Of a DNA stretch of 64,000 nucleotides, positions 25,853-35,950 are shown piece after piece. The translations under genes were made by a program, and so were the position numbers. Positions within the stretch are counted from its first letter, which is position 1. Every line of letters starts with the position of its first letter. The stretch is from Nitrospirota bacterium. GTDB taxonomy: Bacteria; Nitrospirota; Nitrospiria; 2-01-FULL-66-17. The DNA is taken from positions 32,001-96,000 of the forward strand of contig JBMOMC010000007.1 in assembly GCA_049325335.1 (NCBI GenBank). Direction: 5' to 3'. The notes below the pieces were generated by a model that made no database searches, was not told where the DNA came from, and saw only the letters and a list, made by a program, of their open reading frames with translations.

Positions 25853-26533
25853 TCATACGGCGCTCGGTTTTCTGGCCACGACCACTTTCATGTGGCGAAT
25901 GGCGTGCCGAGGCTCGGATACGTCCCTGATGGCGGCCGAAAATCCGGCGGCCTCCAGACGGGCGCCGATATCCGTTCCATAGTTCCGAAATGCCAGGACC
26001 CGCCCAAGCCCCCTGATGCGATCGCCGTGATACTCCGGCGGCAACACATGGACGACCCGGCCGTCTTGAAGCACCGCGCGCTCCACGGTGACGGCGTTGC
26101 CCAACAACGGCACGGTGAAGGCAAAATACCCGCCCGGTTTCAGCACGCGATAAATTTCTCGAAATCCCTGTTGATCATTTGGAACATGCTCGAACACCTC
26201 CGTGCTGGTCACGAGGTCGAATACGTCCGAATCATAGGTGAGCCGTTGAACATCCTGGCACTGGATCGTCCCTTTGAACGCACCCGGCGGAACCTCATCG
26301 AAGTATTCAGAACACGTGAGGTCGGGAAATCTTCTGCGTAAATAGGCCACCAGCGCGCCCCGACTCGACAGCTCATACACGCGGATAGTGTCGGCAAGCG
26401 GGAGACTGCCGAGCACGACCCCAAGGGCGCGATGAATGAACGTCGACAGACACCGGAGACACCTCACGCCGAACTTACCCGTCCAAACCCTCGCGACCAG
26501 GAACCCACACAGATTACATCTCACGCCCAACAC
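25853..26533 (-). CDS. Class I SAM-dependent methyltransferase (glycan-associated) with N-terminal Cys pairs
   Basis: CNLC..CLRC, QDVQRLTY..FDLVTSTEVFEHVP..RVLKPGG. Confidence 0.85.
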   Translation of the reverse strand: MLGVRCNLCGFLVARVWTGKFGVRCLRCLSTFIHRALGVVLGSLPLADTIRVYELSSRGALVAYLRRRFPDLTCSEYFDEVPPGAFKGTIQCQDVQRLTYDSDVFDLVTSTEVFEHVPNDQQGFREIYRVLKPGGYFAFTVPLLGNAVTVERAVLQDGRVVHVLPPEYHGDRIRGLGRVLAFRNYGTDIGARLEAAGFSAAIRDVSEPRHAIRHMKVVVARKPSAV

Positions 26534-27714
26534 CGTCGGACCGTCTCAAATTCATCGAGCATGGCGAAGACGCCTTTGACGTAATCATCCGCGGTCCAAC
26601 TTGCCGCGCGTTTGTAGCCGTTCGTCATCAGGTTCTGCCGCAGGTCCGGGTGATCCCGAAGGTGTGTGATTGCCTCGGCCATCTGTTCCGGGTCATGGGG
26701 ATCACAAAACATCGCGGCGTCGCCGAGTTGTTCGCGTGCGCCGGGATACTCGGCCAACACCACCGGGCAACCGACTGAACACGCTTCCAGCGGCGGCAGA
26801 TTCTCCGGGCCGGAAAACGACGGGTAAACCAACGCCGTCGCATGCCGGTACAACCAGACCAGGTCCTCGGTGGTGACAAAACCCAGCATATGGACTCGTG
26901 CGGTCAGCTTCAGATCATCAACCACCGACTTCACGCGGCCCAGGTTTCCCTTGTCAGACCCGGTGAGAACCAGATCAACGTCCATGCCGTGCCGAGTGTG
27001 AAGCAGGTGCAACGCGCGGACAAGATTCACGTGATTTTTGTGCGGCCAGAACTGGGCGGGATACACGAGAAACTGCTTCCCGCCGACCGCGCCCACCACC
27101 CGAGGGCTCGGCGCGTCGTTACCCGTGGGAAGTGTGGGCGTTGGATGCGGAAGGATGCGAATCCGGTCCTGCGGCACCTGGTAGTACGCGCCCAGTTGTT
27201 CGGCGCCGACCTTGGTGCCCGTGATGACGTACGTGGCCCGCCTCAAGAACGTGGCGTGGCGAACCTCACGGTAGACCCAATGCCCGCGTGATGACACCTC
27301 GGGGAACCAGGGATGGGTCCGGTGTTGGATGTCCCACACCGTGCCGATATACGGGATATCCGGGGTATCGTAGACGCCGCCGCCCACAAACCACACCAGC
27401 TCCACGCCCCGCGACCGCGCCGCCCGCTCAAACCGGCTCGGCACCCGGTACAGGAACGCAACGAGCGGAGAAAAATGCTTGACCGCGGCGATCCCGGTTT
27501 CAACAAATCCCTTGGGTGGGATCCCGATGAACTCCAGGTTGTCCCCCTTGGAACTCGATTGCAGCGACCTGGCCTGTGTCGGGTGACAAAACGCGACAAA
27601 GTGATGCGAACTGGTATGAGCCCGCCGGAGAAAGGCGTCGAAGACCTGCGACGTAAAGGTATACCCCCCACCCGCTTCCGGGACGAAATCTCCCAGGCAC
27701 ACGCCGACCCGCAT
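26521..27714 (-). CDS. Glycosyltransferase family 4 (GT-B)
   Basis: YPAQFWPHKNH and YPSFSGPENLPPLEA. ATG 27714 abuts the upstream stop. Confidence 0.9.
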   Translation of the reverse strand: MRVGVCLGDFVPEAGGGYTFTSQVFDAFLRRAHTSSHHFVAFCHPTQARSLQSSSKGDNLEFIGIPPKGFVETGIAAVKHFSPLVAFLYRVPSRFERAARSRGVELVWFVGGGVYDTPDIPYIGTVWDIQHRTHPWFPEVSSRGHWVYREVRHATFLRRATYVITGTKVGAEQLGAYYQVPQDRIRILPHPTPTLPTGNDAPSPRVVGAVGGKQFLVYPAQFWPHKNHVNLVRALHLLHTRHGMDVDLVLTGSDKGNLGRVKSVVDDLKLTARVHMLGFVTTEDLVWLYRHATALVYPSFSGPENLPPLEACSVGCPVVLAEYPGAREQLGDAAMFCDPHDPEQMAEAITHLRDHPDLRQNLMTNGYKRAASWTADDYVKGVFAMLDEFETVRRCWA

Positions 27715-28841
27715 CAGGCCCGGCGACCGCACTGGGTGGCGTAGCCGCGGCGAATCAGGTCGGCGATATGCCGAATCGTGTCTTCGCTCAAGGTATACGC
27801 CGACGGCAGATACAATCCGGAAATCCACAATGAATCAGCCACCGGGCACGGGACTCTTTTAAATCCCGGCAGCGAGGTCAGGCACGGCTGCTGATTCATG
27901 GGACAGAAGAACGTCCTGGTATCCACGCCATTCTGTAAGAGATACGCCGCCACCTCGTCACGCGTCGCGCCATACTCCGGTCGGATAACCAGCGCATACA
28001 TCCAGTAGACATTGAAGGCCCAGTCCATTTCCACGGGCAAACGCAGTCCCGGAATATCACCGAGGAACTTGTTGTACAGATGGGCCACGCGACGTTTCTC
28101 CGCAATGATCCGATCGATCCTCCGAACCTGCGCCAGCCCCATGGCTGCCTGGTAGCCGGTCATCCGAAAGTTATACCCCGCCACCTCATGGCGAAACCGC
28201 GGTTTGGTAAACGCGAGGTTCCGGAGCAGCCGCAGTCGCTCCGCCAACGCATCGCTGTTCGTCACGACCATCCCACCCTCACCGGTGGTGATGATTTTGT
28301 TGGCGTAGAAACTAAAACATGAGAGATCGCCGAAACTCCCGGTGATCTTGCCCCGACAGGTTGCGCCGTGTGACTCGGCGCAGTCCTCGATCACGGAGAG
28401 GTTGTGCTTTCTGGCGAGAGCCATCAGTCGATCCATATCCACCGGGTGTCCGAACAGATGAACCGGAATAATGGCTCTGGTCTTCGGCGTGATGAGGCGC
28501 TCCACCAAATCAAGATTGAGGTTCCAGGTCACGTCCTCCGAGTCCACGGGAACCGGAATGGCGCCCTTGTGTACGACCCCCAGCGCGGTGGCGATGTTGG
28601 TGCTGGCGCTGACCAGGACCTCGTCGCCGGCCGTGATGCCCGCCGCATCCACGGCCAGGTGCAATGCCGTGGTTCCGCTGGTAACCGCCACGCCGTGTTT
28701 GCACCCGGCAAAGGCCGCGAACTCCCGTTCGAACTGATCCAGCGCCCGGCCGAAGTTCCCCGAAATTTCTCCGCGCCGCAACGCCTCGACTACGCCCTGG
28801 ATCTCCTCTTCGCCGATCACGGGCTCAAACACGGGAATCAC
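27714..28841 (-). CDS. per: DegT/DnrJ aminotransferase, probable GDP-perosamine synthase
   Basis: SGTTALHLA, IEDCAESHG, FSFYANKIITTGEGGM, GYNFRM. gmd is present in the cluster. Confidence 0.8.
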   Translation of the reverse strand: MIPVFEPVIGEEEIQGVVEALRRGEISGNFGRALDQFEREFAAFAGCKHGVAVTSGTTALHLAVDAAGITAGDEVLVSASTNIATALGVVHKGAIPVPVDSEDVTWNLNLDLVERLITPKTRAIIPVHLFGHPVDMDRLMALARKHNLSVIEDCAESHGATCRGKITGSFGDLSCFSFYANKIITTGEGGMVVTNSDALAERLRLLRNLAFTKPRFRHEVAGYNFRMTGYQAAMGLAQVRRIDRIIAEKRRVAHLYNKFLGDIPGLRLPVEMDWAFNVYWMYALVIRPEYGATRDEVAAYLLQNGVDTRTFFCPMNQQPCLTSLPGFKRVPCPVADSLWISGLYLPSAYTLSEDTIRHIADLIRRGYATQCGRRA

Positions 28842-29251
28842 TGCTTGACCTCCACATTCACCTTATCCATCTCATCACCAAGAAACGGGCCCTGCTTTAC
28901 GCTCACGCATTGCATATCCTCGATCACCTTGATGCAGTGCGCGCCGTGGATCAACAGAATAGCGTCGCCCTGTCGAAGGGTCACTTCCCGCAACGGACGC
29001 CCGGCATCGTCAAAGAACTCCACGGCCACCACCCCACGCTGCACCACGAACATCTGCTGCAAATCCATGATCGTCCGCGCCACGGGTTTATGGGTATGCG
29101 GCGGCTCCACAAAACCGGTCTCGTGGGCCAACAACCCGAATTGAAACGACGACTCCGCCGGAGAGAAGAATCGGCTTTTAGGAACTCGGGTGTCGGCCCA
29201 AAGCACCTCTGCGTAGCGAATGCCGTTGTATTCGATGACCTCAAAGCTCAT
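28838..29251 (-). CDS. Small cupin-fold protein
   Basis: PHTHKP..QQMFVVQRG..GAH..VKQGPF. Confidence 0.7.
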   Translation of the reverse strand: MSFEVIEYNGIRYAEVLWADTRVPKSRFFSPAESSFQFGLLAHETGFVEPPHTHKPVARTIMDLQQMFVVQRGVVAVEFFDDAGRPLREVTLRQGDAILLIHGAHCIKVIEDMQCVSVKQGPFLGDEMDKVNVEVKQ

Positions 29252-29286
29252 GTCACGCCTCGTCTGAGAGATGGACCCTTTCCTTA

Positions 29287-30216
29287 TTAGGACAGATCAG
29301 CAATCCGCACCATTTCATTCCGCTCAACCTCGCAGAGCGACAGATCCCGAATGGCGTGGATCCGTTGCGCGCCAGCAAGAAACGTGAGCCGGCCGGATTG
29401 GTCGCGGGATTCACGGAATTTGGACTCCACGTAGGCCTCCTGCGCGGTCAATTCCCGAATACCGGACAAGCGGTCCCGACGCACGAAATAGGCGTTGTTC
29501 CCGGCGCTGTTGGATCCCACCAACGCATACCCCTTCTTCTTGGCGAGCCGTTCAAGCGCGGCAATCGAACAGCCCCAGTACAGATGCGAGTAGTGAGCGG
29601 CTCCGCGCTGGAACCGTGGATCGTATGGCACGCTGACCGCGTGCTCCCAGCCGAACACGCTGTTGTATTCCACCACCACGATCACGGGATTCACGCATTC
29701 GATACGTTCCCACACCCAGTAGTCGTTGCCGTCAATATCAATGCTAAGCAATCCGATGTCCCCGGACATACCGGCGGATTTGATGAGCCCGTTGATATTG
29801 TCTCGGTCGATGAAGGCACAGAGCGCGCGCAGGTCGTGCCGCCACGAAATTCGGTCATACTGAATGTGCCGGATATTGCGTGGGTCCCCGTCAATCACCA
29901 CTCCCTTCCAATTGTCGTTGGTCAGCAAGAAGCGTGTGTTGGACTCCTCATAGCTTTCGACACCAAACTCCACGAAACACTGCTCGCAGTTTGTAATACC
30001 CGTGCGATGAATCAGGTACTGGATAATACCGTCGTCCCCGAACTGAGAGAACACTTTGAACTCGGCCTGGTGGAGATGGGTCACCGGCGCGGATGCCTTC
30101 ATCTGGTGAATCAACAGTTTGGCGGCAAGCGTCTTGGCCTCCGCCACCTGATCGGGCAGCAGGAGCAGCCGCTTCAGATACGCCACGATCAGGTTCAAGA
30201 GTCTCGTTGCGCTCAC
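29287..30216 (-). CDS. Putative glycan methyltransferase (FkbM-like fold)
   Basis: FSQFGDDGII, FVEFGVE, LLSIDIDGNDYWVW, VVVEYNS. Confidence 0.7.
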   Translation of the reverse strand: MSATRLLNLIVAYLKRLLLLPDQVAEAKTLAAKLLIHQMKASAPVTHLHQAEFKVFSQFGDDGIIQYLIHRTGITNCEQCFVEFGVESYEESNTRFLLTNDNWKGVVIDGDPRNIRHIQYDRISWRHDLRALCAFIDRDNINGLIKSAGMSGDIGLLSIDIDGNDYWVWERIECVNPVIVVVEYNSVFGWEHAVSVPYDPRFQRGAAHYSHLYWGCSIAALERLAKKKGYALVGSNSAGNNAYFVRRDRLSGIRELTAQEAYVESKFRESRDQSGRLTFLAGAQRIHAIRDLSLCEVERNEMVRIADLS

Positions 30217-30225
30217 GATCCCGAC

Positions 30226-31068
30226 TCACCCGTTGGTTTTGTCCAGCATGAACCCCTTAAACTCTACCCGTCGCAGTCCGTAACTCATCACCCCGTCGAG
30301 CGCGTCAAACTCCGCCAGCACACGGTACCGACCGAGGGTTGGAGCCAGCAACTCGTCCCGGTTGAACAACCACAACGGATACGACGCCTTTCCCAAGCGC
30401 GGCGGAACCTGTTGCACTGCGATCCGGCTCTCGGGCAGATCAATGACCGGCGTGCGATCAACCACGATCATGGTCGGCGCGACATCCACCACCCCCCGGA
30501 GAAGATCGGTCGGTTGTTCCAGATATTGGAGCACAGCCGAAAACAGTACCACATCCGGCCGCCCCTGCCGAACAGCGTCATCAACGGACAACGTGAATTT
30601 CAGCACGTCATTTTCGAAGACGTCCTTCCCGCACCGGACAAACTCCGGTTGTTCAACGACGATCCATTTCAGCCCTTTGAGGTGCGTGAGGAACGGACGA
30701 CACTGGTGATACGAGGAGCCGAGCGAGCCGCCGAAGTCCAAGACGTTCAGGCCGTCACCTCGCACCGCAGCCGCGCGCTGGAGCGCGGCCAACAATGGAA
30801 ATGGAGGCACGGCGTGATCGAGCACCACCCCATCCCGTTCGAATGCGCCCTCGATCGTGGCCGCGCGCAGGGTCGCGGCTTTGACCCGCTGCAAAATTTC
30901 CGGGGTATCGTACCCCGAGGAATGGGCTAACGCCGATGGCCAATTCGGGAACGATCCGGCAAAACGGATTCGCAGGCCCAGATACGGCCCCACCAGCCGG
31001 AACACGCCTTCGGGCACCCACTCTCTGATCGCGGAATGCGACGTCGTCATCCTCAGGATGCCTCGCAT
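30226..31068 (-). CDS. Putative methyltransferase (TIGR04325-like)
   Basis: FERDG, VLDFGGSLGSSY, WIVVEQ, SAVLQYL. Confidence 0.75.
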   Translation of the reverse strand: MRGILRMTTSHSAIREWVPEGVFRLVGPYLGLRIRFAGSFPNWPSALAHSSGYDTPEILQRVKAATLRAATIEGAFERDGVVLDHAVPPFPLLAALQRAAAVRGDGLNVLDFGGSLGSSYHQCRPFLTHLKGLKWIVVEQPEFVRCGKDVFENDVLKFTLSVDDAVRQGRPDVVLFSAVLQYLEQPTDLLRGVVDVAPTMIVVDRTPVIDLPESRIAVQQVPPRLGKASYPLWLFNRDELLAPTLGRYRVLAEFDALDGVMSYGLRRVEFKGFMLDKTNG

Positions 31069-31895
31069 GTCGTCGGCTTGTGCTGACCGATAATCTCGGC
31101 AAGCTGAACACGAGGAAACTCGTCCAGCATCCCCCCGACCGTGGCGTTACTGATGGTCACGCCGTTGGCACGGGCGATCCGCTTGAGATGCCGATACTGC
31201 GTCCAGAGCGCGACATAGGCATTGAGTTCTTCATATAGGGGAATCTTTATGCTCCCGGCATCATCCACCGCGAAATCTTTTCCGCGGAGCACTGTCGGCT
31301 CGAACGAATATTTGTATTCACGGGTAATGAGCGAATCGTGGTCCGTGCCCAACAGGTAGATCTCCGCAAATCCCATATAGAGCGCCACCATCAGGCACAT
31401 GATCGGAACGGAGCCGATCACCGGGACGAGTCCGCAGATATCAATGATCCGAGTTTCTCCGGGCCAAAACGGTCTGGCCGAACACAGGTAGTTCACGCGG
31501 CGCGTTGGAAACAGCGCATGACCTTTGACCAAGTGATATTCCGAGCTGCCCAAAAACAACTCGGCGCGACCAAGACGCCCGTCCATTTCTTTAAACCATC
31601 GGACGAAATCCTCCTCCTGCATGACGCCATAGGTGACCGGCGGGACGAAATGATACGCCGGGCTGATCCGATGGAAATCCGTGTGCAGATAGCCGCTCGA
31701 AACGCTCATGACCACTTCGTTCCGAAGCGGGGTCAAATCTTGTTTGAGCACCGACGGCCCATTACAGAGGATAAAACACCGCTCGCCCCGGTGTCTGCTG
31801 CGAAACCGACGATTGGCGCGCAGATCCCCGTGATGGAACACACGAAACCCCAACGCCCGCGACACCCGCTTCGCCGCATGCCGGACGCCCGTCAT
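31053..31895 (-). CDS. DUF115 / Maf-like putative nonulosonic acid transferase
   Basis: RCFILCNGPSV..DL, ALYMGFAEIYLLGTD, NATVGG.L.EFPRV. ATGA overlap start at 31895. Confidence 0.75.
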   Translation of the reverse strand: MTGVRHAAKRVSRALGFRVFHHGDLRANRRFRSRHRGERCFILCNGPSVLKQDLTPLRNEVVMSVSSGYLHTDFHRISPAYHFVPPVTYGVMQEEDFVRWFKEMDGRLGRAELFLGSSEYHLVKGHALFPTRRVNYLCSARPFWPGETRIIDICGLVPVIGSVPIMCLMVALYMGFAEIYLLGTDHDSLITREYKYSFEPTVLRGKDFAVDDAGSIKIPLYEELNAYVALWTQYRHLKRIARANGVTISNATVGGMLDEFPRVQLAEIIGQHKPTTCEAS

Positions 31896-33190
31896 CGCCA
31901 CACCCACGCCATCTTGATCGCCCCGTAGACCGCCCAAAGCCCGGCCAGGCGGATCACGGCGGAGCGCACGTGGGCGCGCGCCTCGGCAAAGGCCTCGGCA
32001 AACAGATACCGTGCGACCGTCACTAAGAGGACGGCGAGGACCACGGTCCCGGACGCCTGGGCCACGGCCGCGGCCCGTAACCCGATCGTCTCCCGGAACC
32101 ACTGTTCCAACACCACGGTCGTCGCCAACGAGACGACTAGGATGACGAGATAGGGACCATTCCGCTGTTTTCCGATGAACAAATTGCCGACGGTCGCGAC
32201 AAAGGGAATCACGGTCAGGCCGTAGAGAATCGCCTTTGGCATCACCGGGTCAATCTCGTATGTCGGGAACATGACCCTCAACACCCACGGCGACAATTCC
32301 GCCGCGGACACGGCGAGTACAAACACCACCGGCAACGACCGGTTGATCACGTCGAAGAGATACACGGTCGCCGCGCGATCGTTCCGGCCCAACATGCCGA
32401 GCGTCTTGACGCTCACGGGCAGGTAGGCGGATATGATGAGGGCGTACGCGGATTGATACCCGGTGGTCAGCAACCCATAAATCGCGATCCCGTCGGGCGA
32501 ATAATGCATCGCGGCCAACAACCGAGCTGAATCCAACAACTGAGTCCATAACAAGGATATTGCCGCCAGTTGCAGGGCCGCGGGTAAAGATCCCCGCAGC
32601 AACGCCCAATCGATCTCCGCCGGCCGTGGAATCCACGCCGTCCCTAACTTCCACGCCACCAGGACCAGCGACGCCACCTGCGCCGCCAGCCAGCCGAACA
32701 GTCCGTGGACAAATACAAACGGAATGGCGAGCAGTCGCGAGAGCGAGAGCCCGATCTGGGCGTTGCGGTAGGCGAGAAAATCTCCACGCACGCTGGTCAT
32801 AGACACATAGGTCGTGGTCACGGCCGTCAACCCGGGCAACAAGGCGACGATCGCCGCATCGGCCAGTGTGCCGAAGCGCACCCACATCACGACCGCGGCG
32901 ATGACCCCCGCCACGCCCCCCCCCAATAGGCCGAACCAAAACATCGTCCGGTTCCACCGGTCGATGTCGGTCCATGCGTTCGCGGCGTGATGTACCGGCA
33001 TGTCCCGGCCGTACACCGACGAGAGCCCCAAGTCCGAAAACCGGGTGAACGAGAGCACCACGCCGACGAACACGACCTCGGCGAAGTGCTCGACGGACAG
33101 CACATTGGGGATCGTCACCAACAGCAGTAGGGCCGAACCCTGCTGCGCGATGTTGGCGATCACGGTGTCTCTGCTCTGGTTGATCGGCAA
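31892..33190 (-). CDS. Wzx-like oligosaccharide flippase
   Basis: About 12 hydrophobic segments and FSDLGLS near the N-terminus, located inside the glycan cluster. Confidence 0.7.
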   Translation of the reverse strand: MPINQSRDTVIANIAQQGSALLLLVTIPNVLSVEHFAEVVFVGVVLSFTRFSDLGLSSVYGRDMPVHHAANAWTDIDRWNRTMFWFGLLGGGVAGVIAAVVMWVRFGTLADAAIVALLPGLTAVTTTYVSMTSVRGDFLAYRNAQIGLSLSRLLAIPFVFVHGLFGWLAAQVASLVLVAWKLGTAWIPRPAEIDWALLRGSLPAALQLAAISLLWTQLLDSARLLAAMHYSPDGIAIYGLLTTGYQSAYALIISAYLPVSVKTLGMLGRNDRAATVYLFDVINRSLPVVFVLAVSAAELSPWVLRVMFPTYEIDPVMPKAILYGLTVIPFVATVGNLFIGKQRNGPYLVILVVSLATTVVLEQWFRETIGLRAAAVAQASGTVVLAVLLVTVARYLFAEAFAEARAHVRSAVIRLAGLWAVYGAIKMAWVWR

Positions 33191-33271
33191 TCACGACTCC
33201 CATCACTTCACAATACTGGGTTCCTTCATCATCGCGAACCGCGCTAGGTGAATCCGCTCCTGAGTCCCCTG

Positions 33272-34336
33272 TCACCAGGAAAGCGCCAGCCGCGATTTGC
33301 GTAACTTCTGGAACAGGGTGCGCGCATACTCATGGGAGGGTTCTTCAAACATCCGATAGGCCAGATAACAGAACACCAACACGACCGGAAATACCATCAG
33401 CCGCTGCGGCCCGGTCCAACGCGGATGCAGGACCTCTCCGATGAGCGTGAACGCGATGATATGGAACAAGTAGATCGAAAAACTACATTTTCCAATCCAT
33501 TCAAAAACCGCCGAAGGGCCCTTTCGACGAGCGGAGGAGATTTCCGCCCCGAGCCAGAACACGACCAGTAGAGAAAACGCATTCAGGGTGAGATAGTATC
33601 CGACGCGAGTATTCAGCGTCAGCCAATAGAGCGAGGATGCGGTCGACACGATCGCCACTCGCCACAGACCGATGGGATGGCCGTCACCAACATACCGTCC
33701 CTGCGTCACCTGTTCTGCCAGGACACATCCCGCCAGCCAGCTCGGCAAGCCAATCAACCAATTCAGATATGGCCCATAGATATGCGCATTGCCGTACTGA
33801 TCGGAACCGAGCACTCCAACCAGGAGATACGACACGACGAATGCGATGGCGAACTGCACCAGCCAACTCACGCGACGACTCAGCAGACTCAACAACGGAT
33901 AGACGGTGTAGTACACGAGTTCACACACGAGGCTCCACAGGATATAACCTTCCACGAAATTGAATCCTGGGATCCGTAACGATGTGGCGAATAGCAACGA
34001 CACCAGGGCGGGAATCATGATCCGCACCCACCGCGCCGCCCAAAACGCGGTCACCGGAACGGGTCGCGTCGTAAAAGGATAGTGAATGCAAAACCCCGAC
34101 ACGACGAAAAACACGATCACCGCTGGGTGTCCGGTAAATGTGTATTGGCTCAGATCCGCCAGGCCGCCGATATCAACGGGAAGTCTGCTCAGAAGATCCG
34201 GCATGCCGGGACCCACGACATGCGCCAACGCGACGGACAAGGCGGCGAACGCGCGAACGCTGTCCAAACCGTCCACCCGCAGGCCGGGAGCCTGCGTCAA
34301 GCCGACGATGGCCGGGGTTGGTGCCCCCCCGATCAC
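33272..34336 (-). CDS. Acyltransferase family 3 (membrane O-acyltransferase)
   Basis: LDSVRAFAALSVALAH, AVIVFFVVSGF, WSLVCELVYY, SFSIYLFH, EEP. Confidence 0.88.
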   Translation of the reverse strand: MIGGAPTPAIVGLTQAPGLRVDGLDSVRAFAALSVALAHVVGPGMPDLLSRLPVDIGGLADLSQYTFTGHPAVIVFFVVSGFCIHYPFTTRPVPVTAFWAARWVRIMIPALVSLLFATSLRIPGFNFVEGYILWSLVCELVYYTVYPLLSLLSRRVSWLVQFAIAFVVSYLLVGVLGSDQYGNAHIYGPYLNWLIGLPSWLAGCVLAEQVTQGRYVGDGHPIGLWRVAIVSTASSLYWLTLNTRVGYYLTLNAFSLLVVFWLGAEISSARRKGPSAVFEWIGKCSFSIYLFHIIAFTLIGEVLHPRWTGPQRLMVFPVVLVFCYLAYRMFEEPSHEYARTLFQKLRKSRLALSW

Positions 34337-34965
34337 GACTCCAGCCACTTGACCAGCTCGAACACTTCCGCCATCTTCACGCCGATTCGCTGACCGGCGT
34401 TTTCCGCCTCGTTGCGGAAAAAGCTGATCCACTTCTCGCCCACGCGTTGCACCTCGGAGACATGGGCGCGAATCGCCGCCTCCTTGACCGGCCAATATTC
34501 CGTAATATCGGCGTAAAAATTTCCGTGGAAATCGGTGGTCGCGTGGTACCAGTTACTTCGATACATGAGTAACCGCGGAACGTGGCGACAACTATGCAAC
34601 GACGCCCGCGCCACCGCCTGATGGTCGTGGTGGACATCTCCCACCCAGTGCGTGTACACCAACTCGATATTTTTTTCCTGAACGATTCGTAACAACTCGA
34701 TATTCAGCGGATCAACGAACTCCACTTCCAGCGTCTTGAATTGGCCGCAAATCAATTCCTTGACGCCCAAAATCGCCATCGAATTCTTGCCCTCGCTGAG
34801 AGCGATTTCATTCGATCGGACCGTCTGGCTGTTGTAGTTCGAAAACCCGGACACCGTCGCAACATAGACGTACACGTTATCGCCACTCTTCGCATGCCGC
34901 GCCAACACACCGCCACACCCCAGTTCAACATCATCGAAATGCGCACCGATCGCCAGAACGTTCAT
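34333..34965 (-). CDS. PIG-L/LmbE-family N-deacetylase
   Basis: AHFDDVELGCGG, HHDH, AHVSE. Confidence 0.9.
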   Translation of the reverse strand: MNVLAIGAHFDDVELGCGGVLARHAKSGDNVYVYVATVSGFSNYNSQTVRSNEIALSEGKNSMAILGVKELICGQFKTLEVEFVDPLNIELLRIVQEKNIELVYTHWVGDVHHDHQAVARASLHSCRHVPRLLMYRSNWYHATTDFHGNFYADITEYWPVKEAAIRAHVSEVQRVGEKWISFFRNEAENAGQRIGVKMAEVFELVKWLES

Positions 34966-34990
34966 CTCCCCCTCCTCACCCCATCACGGC

Positions 34991-35950
34991 TCACCGCGTC
35001 AGCAACTCGCGACACACCCTCTCGGCCCCGTCCGGGGCGACCGTTGCCAGCGCCACCTGACTCATCCGAGGAATATCTAAAGCCCTCTTCATGACATCCA
35101 GGTCAACGGCATCATGCGGCCCGGCAAAGAGAGAACAGCCCGCCTCCTGCAAATACCGGCAGTGCGGCACCTCGAATGACTCGTTCGCGATGGTGACCGT
35201 CGGCAGACCGGACGCAGCGGCCTCAAACGCCGTCATCCCGCCGCCGGTGATCGCTAAGTCATGTTGCGCGAATTCCTCCGCCAGCGACGACACGGCTCGC
35301 TTGACCGTCATCGCATTCCCGGTAATCGCTTTTAATGCCTCATCGTGCAGAAACCCGGGGCCGAGAATCACGGTGGCCTCCCGCCGATGCGCAGTGAGCC
35401 ATTGCACGACGTTCACCGTCACGCCATGCGTGTCGCTCCCCCCCAAACTCACTACCACCCCGCGACACTCCGTGCGCAGCCGCCGATTCCGCGCAATATC
35501 CGGGGACAGGATCAGGTACTCCAACCCGGTCAACACGTGAATGCCCTGCGGATCGTCGCCGCGGATCTTCGCGAGTGCGGCGACGTGCACATCGGCCAAT
35601 GCCGCCCCATCGCCGGTGTCGTCGAACGTCACGAGTCGCATGCCGAGCGATTTCACACGCGCCGCATGCGCGACAGAGGTTCGCAGGCGGTCATTGACCC
35701 AGACCGTGCCCCGGTACCGCAGGCTGATGTGAGTTTCCCAATCGGAACGCTCCACGGCGTCGTCACCGGACGGGATGACTTCAAATGGCACCCCCGCCCG
35801 CTTCAGCCAATCACCGGCCGGGGCATGTTCCCCTAGCATGACCACCACGGCATCGGCCTTTGCGTGCCGCAACGAGGCGTACAGGTTCATCATCCGAAAC
35901 AGATGTCCCATCCCCATGGCGTGGGACGACTTCACGCACAGGATGAACAT
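34991..35950 (-). CDS. PseG/SpsG-like nucleotide-sugar hydrolase (GT-B fold)
   Basis: GMGHLFR, SLGGSD, AITGGGMTAFE...GLP. Confidence 0.8.
   Translation of the reverse strand: MFILCVKSSHAMGMGHLFRMMNLYASLRHAKADAVVVMLGEHAPAGDWLKRAGVPFEVIPSGDDAVERSDWETHISLRYRGTVWVNDRLRTSVAHAARVKSLGMRLVTFDDTGDGAALADVHVAALAKIRGDDPQGIHVLTGLEYLILSPDIARNRRLRTECRGVVVSLGGSDTHGVTVNVVQWLTAHRREATVILGPGFLHDEALKAITGNAMTVKRAVSSLAEEFAQHDLAITGGGMTAFEAAASGLPTVTIANESFEVPHCRYLQEAGCSLFAGPHDAVDLDVMKRALDIPRMSQVALATVAPDGAERVCRELLTR

Noticed and set aside
24652..25929. 425-aa plus-strand ORF
   Set aside because: Antisense to rmlA.
29356..30930. 524-aa plus-strand ORF
   Set aside because: Antisense to two coherent methyltransferase-like genes. 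No motifs.
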